Assembly: GCA_002269645.1 (NCBI GenBank)
Contig: NIVC01003428.1
Span: forward strand, 1-38,000
DNA length: 38,000 nt
From: Macrostomum lignano
Taxonomy: Eukaryota
Direction: 5' to 3'
Shown in pieces: positions 1-10,906 of this stretch. A model generated the notes under the pieces. That model did no database searches and was not told where the DNA came from. It was given only the letters and a program-made list of their open reading frames with translations. Numbering within the stretch: position 1 is the stretch's first letter; the number at the start of each line of letters is the position of its first letter. The position numbers were made by a program, and so were the translations under genes.

Positions 1-61
1 TAGTTACTTAGCAGTTTGATTTCGTTATACGACTACCTTCTAGCCACTTTCTCTCGCGCAG

Positions 62-3000
62 ATCTCCCACCTGACGGGCAAATCGGCTGTACTCGCCTTC
101 CTGCCTGCCGCCTCGGCGCTGCCGCACTCTGTGCTGCTCAATGGCGCTGAGACGCACCGCTGCGAAGCCGGCGGTCGCTGCCGGATCCGATTCGACGGCC
201 TGAAGCCGGACAATCTCTACCGAGCCGAGGTGCGCGCGCTGCCGTCGTCTGGGCGCGATTTGGCGGGACTGTCGGCCGGCGGCGCGGAGCGACGCCGCCG
301 ATTCTGACGCGGCTGTCGAGTTTCGAACCGGGCTGGGGCTCGGCCGGCCGGAGCCTCCAGCTAATGTGCAGGTAAGTGAGAGATCAGATGAGGTGTGACT
401 TGGGGCACCCTCTGGTCAACACCAAAGCGCATTGCCTGACGAGAAGAAATAAAATTGTGCGCGAGATTCATGTGCGGGTGATTTATAATTGGTCACATTA
501 ATTGCGTATTATTCCTAATGAACTACATTCATTTGGGCTTCTCCTGCGATTCAAATACACGAGGGTCAACCCTTTAGGCACAAGGAGTGTACATGTGAGG
601 CATTGTGTGTATGAGTGCCTGCCTGAGTACAGTATTGGTCACGCGCTTTTATGTGCTCAGGAGTCAGCGGAATGGGCAGAATTGCTGTCAGCGCTGGTTG
701 TGGGCCTTTTTTACGTTAAGGTGCGACCCTTCTGCAATTATTACGATTGTTAAGATATTATCATTATCAGAAACCAGAGCAACTTTATCAGAAACTTTAA
801 CATCTTCGAAAACCAGTGGAACATTCTCATAGGGAACTTTCTACCATCCATTCGACCATAGAAGACTCATAGGGGAATTACAAAGATGTCAAGGCTCCTG
901 GGGAATTGTTGAAATGCTGTCTCCCAATGCTTATAGACAATTGCTGAGACGTTAACGCTTACAGTAGAATTTCTGTAATGTTGTGTGAGGCTCTTAGGAA
1001 CAATCGATAAAATGTCAAGGTTCAAATGGCAAATTGCTGAGTTGTCAAGGTTCAGGGGGATTGCAAAAAAATTTATGGCTCATGGGGTTACCTCAGATGC
1101 TTTGAGTGTTAACAATACTGACTATACCAGCCACATCCTCTTTGTTGCCTCCCGACGGAGGGTGTGACGCAGATTGCTAGTACATCTATCTAAACCTTTC
1201 GCAACTAATTCACCCAGGTGGAATCGGACCTCGAAATGAGACCTTACTGGTGACCTGGACACCTCTAGCCGGTGCCGAGTCGAAGGGCACCCGGTTGGGT
1301 GGCTACGCGATCTACGCGGACGCCTCCCAGCTGGTGGCCACCTGCATGCAGGTCGACGCCGACCATTGCGTTGTTGCCATGGCAACGCTACCTACGAATG
1401 CCCGAGTAGTCACCTGCCGAACTGTAGCTACGATCAGGATGGACGAGTAGTTGAAAGCGAAGATTCGAGTCCCGCTTGCGAGCTCGACGACGTGATTCTA
1501 GCTGCAAGTTCAAGCTTGAGCCAGCAGGAACAGGTGCCTCTACCTCACGACGTGAGTTCGCGTTCTTTAAAAATAAAATTCTGAAAAATTTACACCCACT
1601 CGTATGTTTTCTGTTATGTTGTAAGATGCTTGTGCAACGTTTGTGTACTTTAAAGAATACGTACTTTTAAGGAGAATTTACAGCTTGTTAATGTAGACAA
1701 AGTCTGCAGATTAACAAAGCGCTTGGATTCCTGATGCAGTTCTATCTTTTAATTATTTCCTTAGCAAATTCTTACGTACAGAAAGGCTGCACTATTAAAA
1801 ACTCAAAATAACACGTGCTTCGTCAAAAAGTATTTTAACTGAATTTTTCTAGCGATTTATTAAAGTACTTCTAGGCGAAAAAAAGAACATTGTTCGAGAC
1901 AACGGTTTTCAGCAATATTTTTTGTTTAAAAAAGCGAAGGCAACAGCTCTGGGTGATAGAACTGGGTCTTTAAATTTTAAAAATTTTGTGGCTTTGTACG
2001 TAGACTTAAACATGTGCATCTATAAGCGTAATTCAGTTTGCGTAATCTCAAATACTGTGTAACATCGTATATAACGTTTAAACTCTACATTTTAATATCT
2101 CATCTCGCTGTAAATTAGACCACTGAAACACCAAAGGGTATGAGGACACACCGTCGAAACACCGAAGGGAATGAGGACACACCGTCGAAACACAGAAGGG
2201 AATGAGGACACACCGTCGAAACACAGAAGGGAATGAGGACACACCGTCGAAACACCGAAGGGAATGAGGACACACCGTCGAAATACAGAAGGGAATGAGG
2301 ACACACCGTCGAAACACAGAAGGGAATGAGGACACACCGTCGAAACACAGAAGGGAATGAGGACACACCGTCGAAACACAGAAGGGAATGAGGACACACC
2401 GTCGAAACACCGAAGGGAATGAGGACACACCACTGAAATGGCAATACTACATTAGCCCGCAGGAAATTAGCCCGCGGGAAGTTTGCCAGCAGACGTTTCC
2501 CGCAGACGTTTGCCCGCGGGCAAGCTTCCCGCGGGCTAATTTCCTGCAGGCTAATGTCGTACTGCCGTTTCGGGTCTATGACATTAGCCATCGAAACACT
2601 GAAGGGTACAAGCGTATGAGGACACACCATAATCGGGTTGAGATTATGACACCATTGAATTCAGGTAACATTTAAACAATTGTTACTAACACCAACTCCG
2701 TGACTCGCAATCCCAGGCAACCACAAACGAGTTTGGCATCTTCGTTAATTCAGCTGGTGTTCCAATTTTGTCGTCGCCAAATAGTGACGGAAAATTATTA
2801 GACGCCAACGGCAAAGCTTTGGCTTGTCGACGAGCGGTGGCATCGGTTGACCCGGAACTGGCGAGCAGCGCCTTATTGACAAACTAGACGGCTTGCCCAT
2901 TCGCGGTCTTCGACTTGGACCAAACGGAGTCCTACTAGACGAGTCCGGTTTGCCAGTTCGCGGTGAGAACGGCGAATTCTTCGGCGCTAATCATCGGCCG

Positions 3001-4527
3001 GTCTACGGTCGTCGAGGCGCCGAAGGTGAACTGTTGGACGAAGAGGGACAGGCTCTGCAGCAGCTGGGCTTGAACAGCTTTGGCGTGTTGGCCGATTCGA
3101 CCACCGGACTGCCGATTACCCGCCAGTCGGATGGTGCTCTACTCGACGCTAACGGCCAGCCAATCGATTGTCGACGTTGCGAGCTCAGCGCCAACGATTT
3201 GCTAGTCGATCCAGTCGACGGCTCGCCAATCGGCGTCACCAGTGTCAACGTTTTCGGCGTGCTGGTAGACTCGCAGGGCCGTCCGTTGCGCGGACCTCAG
3301 GGCGAGTTCTACGGAGCGAATCGGGCGCCGGTGTACGGCGGACTGCGCGGCCCTGACGGTCAGCTGATCGACCCGGCGAACGGCGGTCAGAGACGGACTC
3401 GAGTTAACGAGTTCGGTGCACTAGTGGACGCATCCACTGGCGAGTTGCTACTGGGTCCAGACGATCAGCTGTTAAATTCTCGGGCACAGCCAATGTCAAG
3501 CCGGCGGGTTCGGCTGGTTGAAGCGACGGAAGAGGGCGGCCAACAGCAGCTGGTGGACGCAGAAACTGGGGAGCCGCTGAGTCCGGAAACGGGCTGGCGT
3601 GTCAACGAGCACGGTGTCCTTGTGGACGCAGAGTCTGGCTTGGCTCTGCGTGGTCCTTCAGGCGAGTTTTTCGGTCCACCGGACGGTCTACCACTGGCCG
3701 GAGGTCCCACACGAGACGCCGAGGGTCGTCTGGTACGCGACGGCGTAGAAGATGGATCAGACTTAAGTGGTAAGCCGTTAAAAACGAAAGTCAACGACTG
3801 GGGCGTTCTAGTAGAGGTTGTCAGCGAAGGTGAAAACGCTGAGGAGCGACCAATTTTGTCGTCGGATGGTAAGCTTTTGGACGCGTCCGGCCGGGTCATC
3901 GACTGCCGAATCGTGCCAACAACAGCCGCAGCTCGGTCTCGTTTCGTCGACGACGTCGCTAAGAACAATGGACTGGAGCTGAGTGAGCACGGAGTGGTCA
4001 TCGACACGGCCAGTGGTCTACCGGTTCGAAGCCAGGCCGCTGGCGAGTTTCTCGGCACCGATGGTCGACCCGTCTACGGACCAAGAGACGCCGATGGCAA
4101 GCTTAAGATTGAAACGAAGCTGAATGATTACGGAGTTTTGGTCGACGCGACAACCGGGGAAGCAATCCGAGGACCGCGAGGACAGCTGTTAGACGCAAAC
4201 GGCCAGGCGATAACATGCGAGGTCGTTGAGCCCGGCTCGGACGGAGCCCTGCCGGCGCCGCCGACGGGTCAAGAGTATCGACTCAACGCGCACGGCGTAC
4301 TCATTAACTCCGCTTCCGGCCTGCCGGTGCGCGATTCCAACGGTCGATTCTACGGACTGAACCGGCGGCCAGTGTACGGGGAGAGACTGGCAAGCGGCAA
4401 GCTGGCTGGTGCGGTGCAGGTTGGTCCAGACGGCCATCTGGTGGACGCTGAGGGTAACCCGGTTAAAGGACCCGATGGAGAGCTGCTCGACGCCAATGGA
4501 CAGCCGATTGATGAGGCAGCTGTTGCA

Positions 4528-4559
<32 letters not shown>

Positions 4560-7121
4560 GGCTGATGCTGCTGCCACTACCGATACCGAAGCTGGAACGG
4601 GAGCCGAGACTGACGCTGCAGCCGCTGCTGGTGGGGCAACGGCTACAGCTGAAACGGTAACAGATGCCGTTGAGTCGGTGGAAGCCGCGGCAGAGACCGG
4701 AGACGGTGTCGCCAGTGGCGAGGAACTGGAAGCGGCGACTATTGCCACGGAGACGACGGAGACCGGGGCGCAGGCAGACTTCGAGGACGAGCCGCAGCCG
4801 GGCGATCCAGGCTTCTTTGGCCGCATCAAGAAAGGCTTCCAAGAGTTCCAAGAGAAGGTCGAAGAGTTCGCCGAAGAGACCAATGAGAAGATGAAGGAGT
4901 TCAACGAAGATACAAAGCGCAAGATGGAGGCGTTCAACGATGACACGCGCAAGAAGTTTGAAGAATTCGGCGAAGGCACAAAGAAGACGTTCGGAAATTT
5001 TGGCGAAAGCACGGCAGCGGCCTTCAAGAAGCTGGATCCGACGAGTTTAGGTGATGATGCGGCCGCGGCTCCGAAGGAGGAGACGGCTGAAGCGTCAACA
5101 TGATCATGATTTTCCTGGCGATGGGAGCTCGCGCCTTACCTGCACAGACAAGTCAATTATCACATGTTATTTCGGCAATTTCAATGCGTTTATTACAAAG
5201 AATCTAGCACAGTTATCACCACTGCACCGGCACCAAACAAATGGGTTCTAAAACTGCATACTGTGAAAGGTATCTATGCTAGAGATATGGCTACTGGTTA
5301 CTATGGTGATGGCGCTAAAACATGCTTGATAAAATATCATATTATTGCCATCAATTCAGTTTTAATACGGGTATAGATATTGCCTATAATTTTCCTATGC
5401 TCATATGCTATTTTTTGTTGTCGCGTTTTTCTGCCTACCGGTATGCGGTGCGACGTTTTTTAATTTCGAAAATAATGCAACTTACCGCTGTTAAAATAAC
5501 TTTCACCAAATCTTCTAAATTTTACATTTCTAGTCGGATTCCGATCAACAAAGTGAAGACAGAAGTGAGACCAGGACGCCGCGATCTCGTCCAAAGCCGA
5601 CTCGAATCTCCAACACGAATCTCAACCAGCATAGCAACCAATCTAGCAGACACGCTAGCGCTTCACCATCGCGTCGATATCAGACCTCGCCTTCGATTCG
5701 TGAGTGCTGGACTGAGAGTGCACTTATGTATGCAACTAAGATAGAGAGGCTTAACCATAGTACACCAACGAACCATAGTATCATAGTAAAATCATAAAAT
5801 GCGTCAAATTGAACCCACACTGATGAATAAAGTCTGTGAAAAACTTTATGCTTACCAATTTCAGTTGGGACATCAACTCCGAGACGCAGTCAGCAGGTGC
5901 AGCAGCAACAGCAACAGGTACTACAACAGCGGCAGAAGCAGATTCCGACGCAGCAACCAACAGCTGGGCGAGCACCTCATCGGGTGCATCGATATCGAGC
6001 GCATCATCGTCGACAGCAAGCTGACGATGCTTCTACTGACGAAGACGGCGCCTACGGCCAATCGGACGCGTTTCTGGTTGATTCATCAGCCAACGACAAG
6101 GATAACAACCAAAGCGACCAGGACATCGATCAAGGCAAAGAAGAGAGCTTTAAAGGGGACATTGTTGAAGAGGCTTCAACGCCGAGCAGCTGGCACCGAC
6201 GTCACCGACGTCACCGGCATCGGCACAGGACATCCAGACAGCAGCCCAATCGAATCTTTGTCGCCCTCTACGACTACGATCCGGCCTCAATGAGTCCGAA
6301 TCCCGACGGGGTGCAGCGAGAGTTGGCCTTTCTTGAGGGCCAGCTCTTGACTGTCTTCGGCAGCAGGGACGCCGACGGTTTTTATAACGGCGAGTGCGCA
6401 GGAAAGCTCGGACTGATTCCTGGAAACATGGTGGCCGAGGTGTCCGAGTACGAGTTGACTCAGAGCAAAATGAAACAATCCAGTGCCGGGTGAGGGATTT
6501 CTACTTCATATTTTACACTTTAACGACAGTTTGAGTTTAGACTAGATGTCGAAAACTGTAGCCAATTCAAACTACATTTATTTAAAAATCCAGCTTGAAA
6601 GAGAAATATTTTAAAGTACATTCGTGCATGCGTATTTTTGAATAAAAATTGGTAGCTCGTAGCTTGACTAGTTTCTCCACTGCATGTATGACTTCCCTAA
6701 ACATCCAGTTGGTTCAGAAGCTGACAAAACCAGCAAATCCACTTAACCCAGGCATGATGCAGGCTCAGATCTGCCGGGCAATGAGCAGTTATCAAAGCAT
6801 CACGATAGCAGAAAGAAGCAACAAAAGTGGAAATCTGCAACAACATCGCCGCTGCCACAGCAGATCGGTCGCAGTAGTCGTCAACGACAACGTTCAAGCT
6901 CGCGTCACCGCCTCATGGTTGCCCTGCACGACTTTGAGCCGGATCAAGCGCTGAATTGCGGATTCGGCCTCACCGCGGCGGTCGCCTTTCGCTCCGGCGA
7001 TTTGATCACGCCGTTGGGCCAGGCGGGCGAGGACGGCTTCCTACTGGCCAGGGTGGAACGGTCTCAGCTGGAGGGCTTCGTGCCGAGAGAACTTCTCAGA
7101 GTCTTATCGCCGGATGAATAA
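62..7121 (+). CDS. RIMBP2: RIM-binding protein (RIMBP2-like), 3' part, canonical SH3-containing isoform; 5' end lies outside the window
   Basis: Exons 62-371, 1218-1551, 5534-5699, 5865-6489 and 6752-7121, all with GT/AG ends and matching phases (0, 0, 1, 2). FN3 sequences ISHLTGKSAVLAFLP...FDGLKPDNLYRAEVRALP...AAVEFRT...PEPPANVQ|VES(G)PRNETLLVTWTP...GGYAIYAD...DHCVV...VTCRT match the 2nd and 3rd FN3 domains of RIMBP. SH3 IFVALYDYDPASMSPNPDGVQRELAFLEGQLLTVFGSRDADGFYNGECAGKLGLIPGNMV has the RIMBP-typical MSPNPD insert. A second SH3 (MVALHDFEP...GFVPRELL) ends at TAA 7119-7121. Three 1-bp frameshifts must be assumed (~285-300, ~1227, ~1431). Confidence 0.85.
2119..2434. repeat. Intronic minisatellite, 31-bp unit, ~10 copies
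   Basis: Unit GAAGGGAATGAGGACACACCGTCGAAACAC(A/C), seen at 2164, 2195 and onward. A degenerate copy resumes at ~2590-2630. Confidence 0.95.
2435..2571. mobile_element. Foldback/MITE-like hairpin element, 137 bp
   Basis: GAAATGGCAATACTACATTAGCCCGCAGGAAATTAGCCCGCGGGAAGTTTGCC (from 2435) is the near-perfect reverse complement of GGCAAGCTTCCCGCGGGCTAATTTCCTGCAGGCTAATGTCGTACTGCCGTTTC (to 2571). No clear TSD. Confidence 0.6.
2717..5103 (+). CDS. Large alternative (probably terminal) exon of the RIMBP-like gene: novel Gly-rich repeat domain, poly-Ala/acidic linker and 11-mer amphipathic helix
   Basis: Acceptor TCCCAG|GCA at 2716/2717 is phase 0, the same as donor GAC|GTGAGT at 1551/1552. The frame reads ATTNEFGIFVNSAGVPIL...LLDANG, needs one extra base at ~2870 (AGC G[G]C CTT = SGL), then continues as the 736-aa ORF 2893-5103 to TGA. 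Long, GC-rich, with a coherent internal repeat structure. Confidence 0.7.
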
Positions 7122-7414
7122 ATTGACAGTGGATACGGTCAATGAACGACTGAAGTAGAAAAATGACATTTAGAAGGAGCAATACGTAACATCTAGCGAC
7201 TTAGAACGACATGGGTAAGGAAGGAAACTTAGTTTCTGAGAAGATCGTTGAGGGCTCTCTTTTGCGCGAAAAAGTGGGATACTATATTGGAAGTACTATT
7301 AAATTTTGTAAAAACCTCCTTTAAATGAATTTCTGACTTAGAAAGGATCGACATAAAAGATGAAAATGCGTCACAAGTTTTGATAACGCATTTTTAAGAC
7401 TAATCTTTATAAAA

Positions 7415-7989
7415 TACAAGCTGTTGAAACCCGCGGAATTTGAACCCGGGGAATTCCAATCCCCGGAACTATTTTTGCATGTATTCTAAAATCAGCCCAT
7501 ACTGAAACAAAAACTTGTTAATAGTTAGTAGGATTCAGGTAAACAAAATGGAGTACATTCGCGTAAAATTAGGATTTCAGGCAAACATTGATATTGTTGG
7601 CTGGGGGGGGGGGGTGCTTTTTACTTTAAATAGGAAATTAATGTCTGCCTGACTCTAAAACATGTATTGGCAAACTCTGGCCTCTGCCTCTGACTCTCCC
7701 TCCCTTGGATCCTTTGAAACTTCTATCTTCTCTTCTGTTTCCTCTCTTCTTTCTCGTCCCTCGTCTCTTTTTCCTCTCTCCTCTCTCCCCTCTTCTCTCG
7801 TATCTTCCCTCATTTCTCTTCTTTTTCATCTCTCTTATCTCATTTCTTTTCTCTTCTTTTCTCTTTCCTCTCCTCCCACTCTTCTCTCGTCTTTTCCTTC
7901 ACCTCTCTTCTCTCTCGTCTGCTCTTTCATCTCTCCTTTTTCTTCTTTTATCTTTTCTCTCTTATCTCTTCTCGTTTCTATCTGCTCTG

Positions 7990-8044
<55 letters not shown>

Positions 8045-8254
8045 CCAATCTCTTCTCCAAGTTTTTTGCACTTTTAGGTGGGAAGACTCAAATTTAGGAA
8101 ATTTTAAAGGTAGCCTATGACACTTTCCGTAGTGAATTTAGGGTGGGTGCAAAATTTGGTGTAATTTGGTTGAGCGGTTTGGGAGTCTATAGCGAAGTAA
8201 TTTGTCCACAGACAGACACACACACACAGAGTTTTGACTTTTATAGGTAGAGAT
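7415..8254 (+). mobile_element. Putative non-autonomous Helitron-like (HINE/Lep1-type) element carrying microsatellites
   Basis: 5' end TACAAGCTGTTGAAACCCGCGG and 3' end AAATTTGG...GAGCGGTTTGGGAG...ACAGACAGACACAC...CTTTTATAGGTAGAGAT resemble the termini of known non-autonomous Helitron-like elements. Internal G12 run, pyrimidine tract and (CT)n. Recognised from memory of family termini, not from a search. Confidence 0.45.
7690..8050. repeat. CT-rich low-complexity tract ending in a (CT)n microsatellite
   Basis: Near-pure pyrimidine sequence, with perfect CT dinucleotides at ~7995-8040. Confidence 0.95.
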
Positions 8255-8981
8255 GGCATATTGCCTTAATTTTACGCATTTTTCGCGTGAAGTCGGCTTT
8301 TAAAGATTTTTTTAGGAAATAGAGTTTCGATCCTAATTAAGTTGTCCTTGTTTCTGGTTCCTGTGAGGTTACTTGAGTTCATTGGAGTGAGTACAGCTTT
8401 GTATATGCTTGCCGGATCAGGCGGCGATATTCTAGGCTATTTAGCTACCTATAGCTAGACCAGACTATATAATCCTGGGTAGCTTTGGACGATTCTTCCA
8501 CAGAAATCAGTTTAACAATACGGGGTTTAAAATTACCATTTCGCAGATTTTCTTTGCCGTTTTTGAATTAAACATTTTGTGTAATTCTCTGTGTTCAGTC
8601 ACCGTGTCCTGCTTTTTTATTTGTAAATCAGAAATCATATCTCCTTATTGTAGAATTTTATCGCTAAAAATCGAGCTTTTGAGACTTATTTTACAGTTTA
8701 CTAGAAAAATGACCCCATCTATGCGTCATTCAAGCTGCTACTAGTTAGTAACTCAGCTAGGTACTTCAGGTTCTGCACCTGTGCGAAGCGTTTTTGAAAC
8801 ACACAGTAATAACGAGCATATTTAACCTTAGTTAGTTCAATTTCGGTAATGAGCTAATCTCTCGACTACTTCTGAACTTAAGCAAAGTATTATACAGCCT
8901 ACTGAGCATCTATTTATAATAAGATTAAATACTATAATGTTTTCGCGTTTTATGCACTGTAATTACTTACTTTCTTGAGTT

Positions 8982-9437
8982 TCATGTGTCGCTGTCAGAC
9001 TAGCTACCAACGAATGTCAGAGGTTTCATGTGTCGCTGTCAGACTAGCTACCAATGAGTGTCAGATGTTTCATGAATCGCTGTCAGACTAGCTACCAATG
9101 AGTGTCAGAGGTTTCATGAATCGCTGTCAGACTAGCTACCAATGAGAGTCGGAGGTTTCATGAGTCGCTGTCAGACTAGCTACCAATGAGAGTCAGAGGT
9201 TTCATGAGTCGCTGTCAGACTAGCTACCAACGAGAGTCAGAGGTTTCATGAGTCGCTGTCAGACTAGCTACCAATGAGAGTCAGAGGTTTCATGTGTCGC
9301 TGTCAGACTAGCTACCAACGAGAGTCAGAGGTTTCATGAGTCGCTGTCAGACTAGCTACAAATGAGAGTCAGAGGTTTCATGAGTCGCTGTCAGACCTGC
9401 TACCAATGAGTGTCAGAGGTTTCATGAGTCGCTGTCA
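8982..9437. repeat. Minisatellite, 44-bp unit, ~10 copies
   Basis: Unit GTTTCATGAGTCGCTGTCAGACTAGCTACCAATGAGAGTCAGAG. TAGCTACC recurs at 9001, 9045 and onward. Confidence 0.95.
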
Positions 9438-9728
9438 AGTCTGATGTCAAAGTGTAATTTTATTTGATGAAGTTACAGAAGCAGTTCACACTAAGCAAGC
9501 GTCACTAGAGCACAGACGTGGTATACTCTATGGGATATAATTTCTAAGAAAAAACAGCAACCTGGGAACACCAAGAAGTTCACATTTACGTTTATAACGT
9601 CTGGGAACAAAATTGTATTTGCAGTACTTGCTGTGCAGCAACATACGCTCGTAGTAAAATAACGAGCCAGCAACTCTTAAATTGTTTTAAAGAAATAATT
9701 AATTTAGCAAAAAGCAACAGTTTGCTTG

Positions 9729-10906
9729 TCAGACTAAAACCAGCTCGAATACTTCCATTCCCACGAAGCCTTGGCATCTGTTGCCGAATCCACCGTCCAC
9801 GCAGGGAAAGACGTTGCAGAGATCCGCAGACTGATAGGGCAGACCATAGACTATGCGATCGCCGCAGTAGCACCACCTGCGATCGGCGATGCCAAAGTAA
9901 TTGAACGGCTTGGGTTTCCTCGCCGTTAAGCATTCTGTCATGCAGGTTGTCTGGCTCATTTCATCCAGGGGTCCCGCCACCTCCAGTTCTAGTACGGGAG
10001 GCAATTCGTCCGACAACAAATAGCAGCCTTTTGGAACGGCTGGAGTGCAAAAAATGGTGAAAGGAATAAATTTAGAGCACCCAGACCTCCTAAGCTTGTC
10101 TGTATCTGTTGTTATAGCCAGTATAATAGCATGGGCGGGGGGAGCTTGCGGCACCGGGGACACGTGCCCCCCCCCCCAAAAAAAATGAGTCCACGCGGCA
10201 CAAATCTATTGTGCCCCCCTGAATTTTTGAAATTTTGATATTTTAGTGCATAGTATTACGGGATATTGGTAATTTTTAGTGCTTTTTCTGATTTTAGGCC
10301 CTAATCGAAGCTTATAGGGACACCCGTGCCCCCTTGCCCTGTGCCTGGTGCCCCCCCCCCACTAAAATATTAGGCTCCGCCGCCCCTGTATAGGCTGTTG
10401 ACTAGTGAATGAAGACGCTGTCGTCTTCAAAGGTGGGACGATGGTTATATTTGCTTATTATTCTTTTATGAGATATTAAGAATTAAGAGCTTAAAAGCCT
10501 ATAGCTAATGGCTATATTTATAATTTAATTTAGAATATTTTTAATAACTATAGCTACATAATTTAATTTAAACAAAGTCTATCATTTATATATAATTTAA
10601 TTTTTTAAAATTCTATTATCTATATATTATTTAATTTAAACAAAGTCTATTATATGTATTTGATTTAATTTAAACAGTCTTTTATCTATATATAATTTAA
10701 TTTAAATAAAGTCCAATAAAGACGCTTAAGACGAGAATAATAGGCAATTAATGCACTAATTCTGGCTTATTCCGCTCATTTAAGCAAGAGAATTCCGACG
10801 ATTAAAAAGCTCAGATGAGTCCAAGTGTCTCACCTTTGAAAATGGCTGCAAATACGCCCTGAACAGAAAGAAGAACAATCAGAGTCGTCAGAGCTGAGCA
10901 CAGCAT
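9729..10906 (-). CDS. Small secreted single-WSC-domain protein (~149 aa), 2 exons
   Basis: Exon 1 (10906-10834) encodes the signal peptide MLCSALTTLIVLLSVQGVFAAIFK and ends G|GTGAG (phase 1). Exon 2 (10105-9729) follows AACAG| and continues in frame: DTDKLRRSGC...GCY...MSQTTCMTEC...YFGIADRRWCYCGD...CNVFPC...CQG...VFE. This is the WSC cysteine pattern. Confidence 0.85.
10130..10388. mobile_element. MITE-like insertion (CAGGGGCGG-type termini, hAT-like) in the WSC gene intron
   Basis: Left end CATGGGCGGGGGGAGC versus the reverse complement of the right end, CAGGGGCGGCGGAGCC. Internal C-runs. Flanks AATAG and TATAG match at 4 of 5 positions. Confidence 0.5.

Noticed and set aside
2119-2434. CRISPR-like appearance of regular ~30-45-bp repeats (also 8982-9437, 29693-30590 and others)
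   Set aside because: Units are head-to-tail with no unique spacers, there are no cas genes, and the context is eukaryotic introns.
3003-5027. Long minus-strand ORFs (3465-4058, 4189-4851, 4350-5027) as an antisense gene, with a CAG|GTAAG-like donor near 5135
   Set aside because: They are shadows of a GC-rich, codon-biased + strand exon, with low-complexity Ser/Ala content and no recognisable motif or consistent exon chain.
5050-5865. Direct splice from TTAG|GTGATG (5050) to the 5865 acceptor
   Set aside because: Phase-compatible, but the donor is weak. The exon 5534-5699, with strong sites, already supplies the phase-1 donor for 5865.
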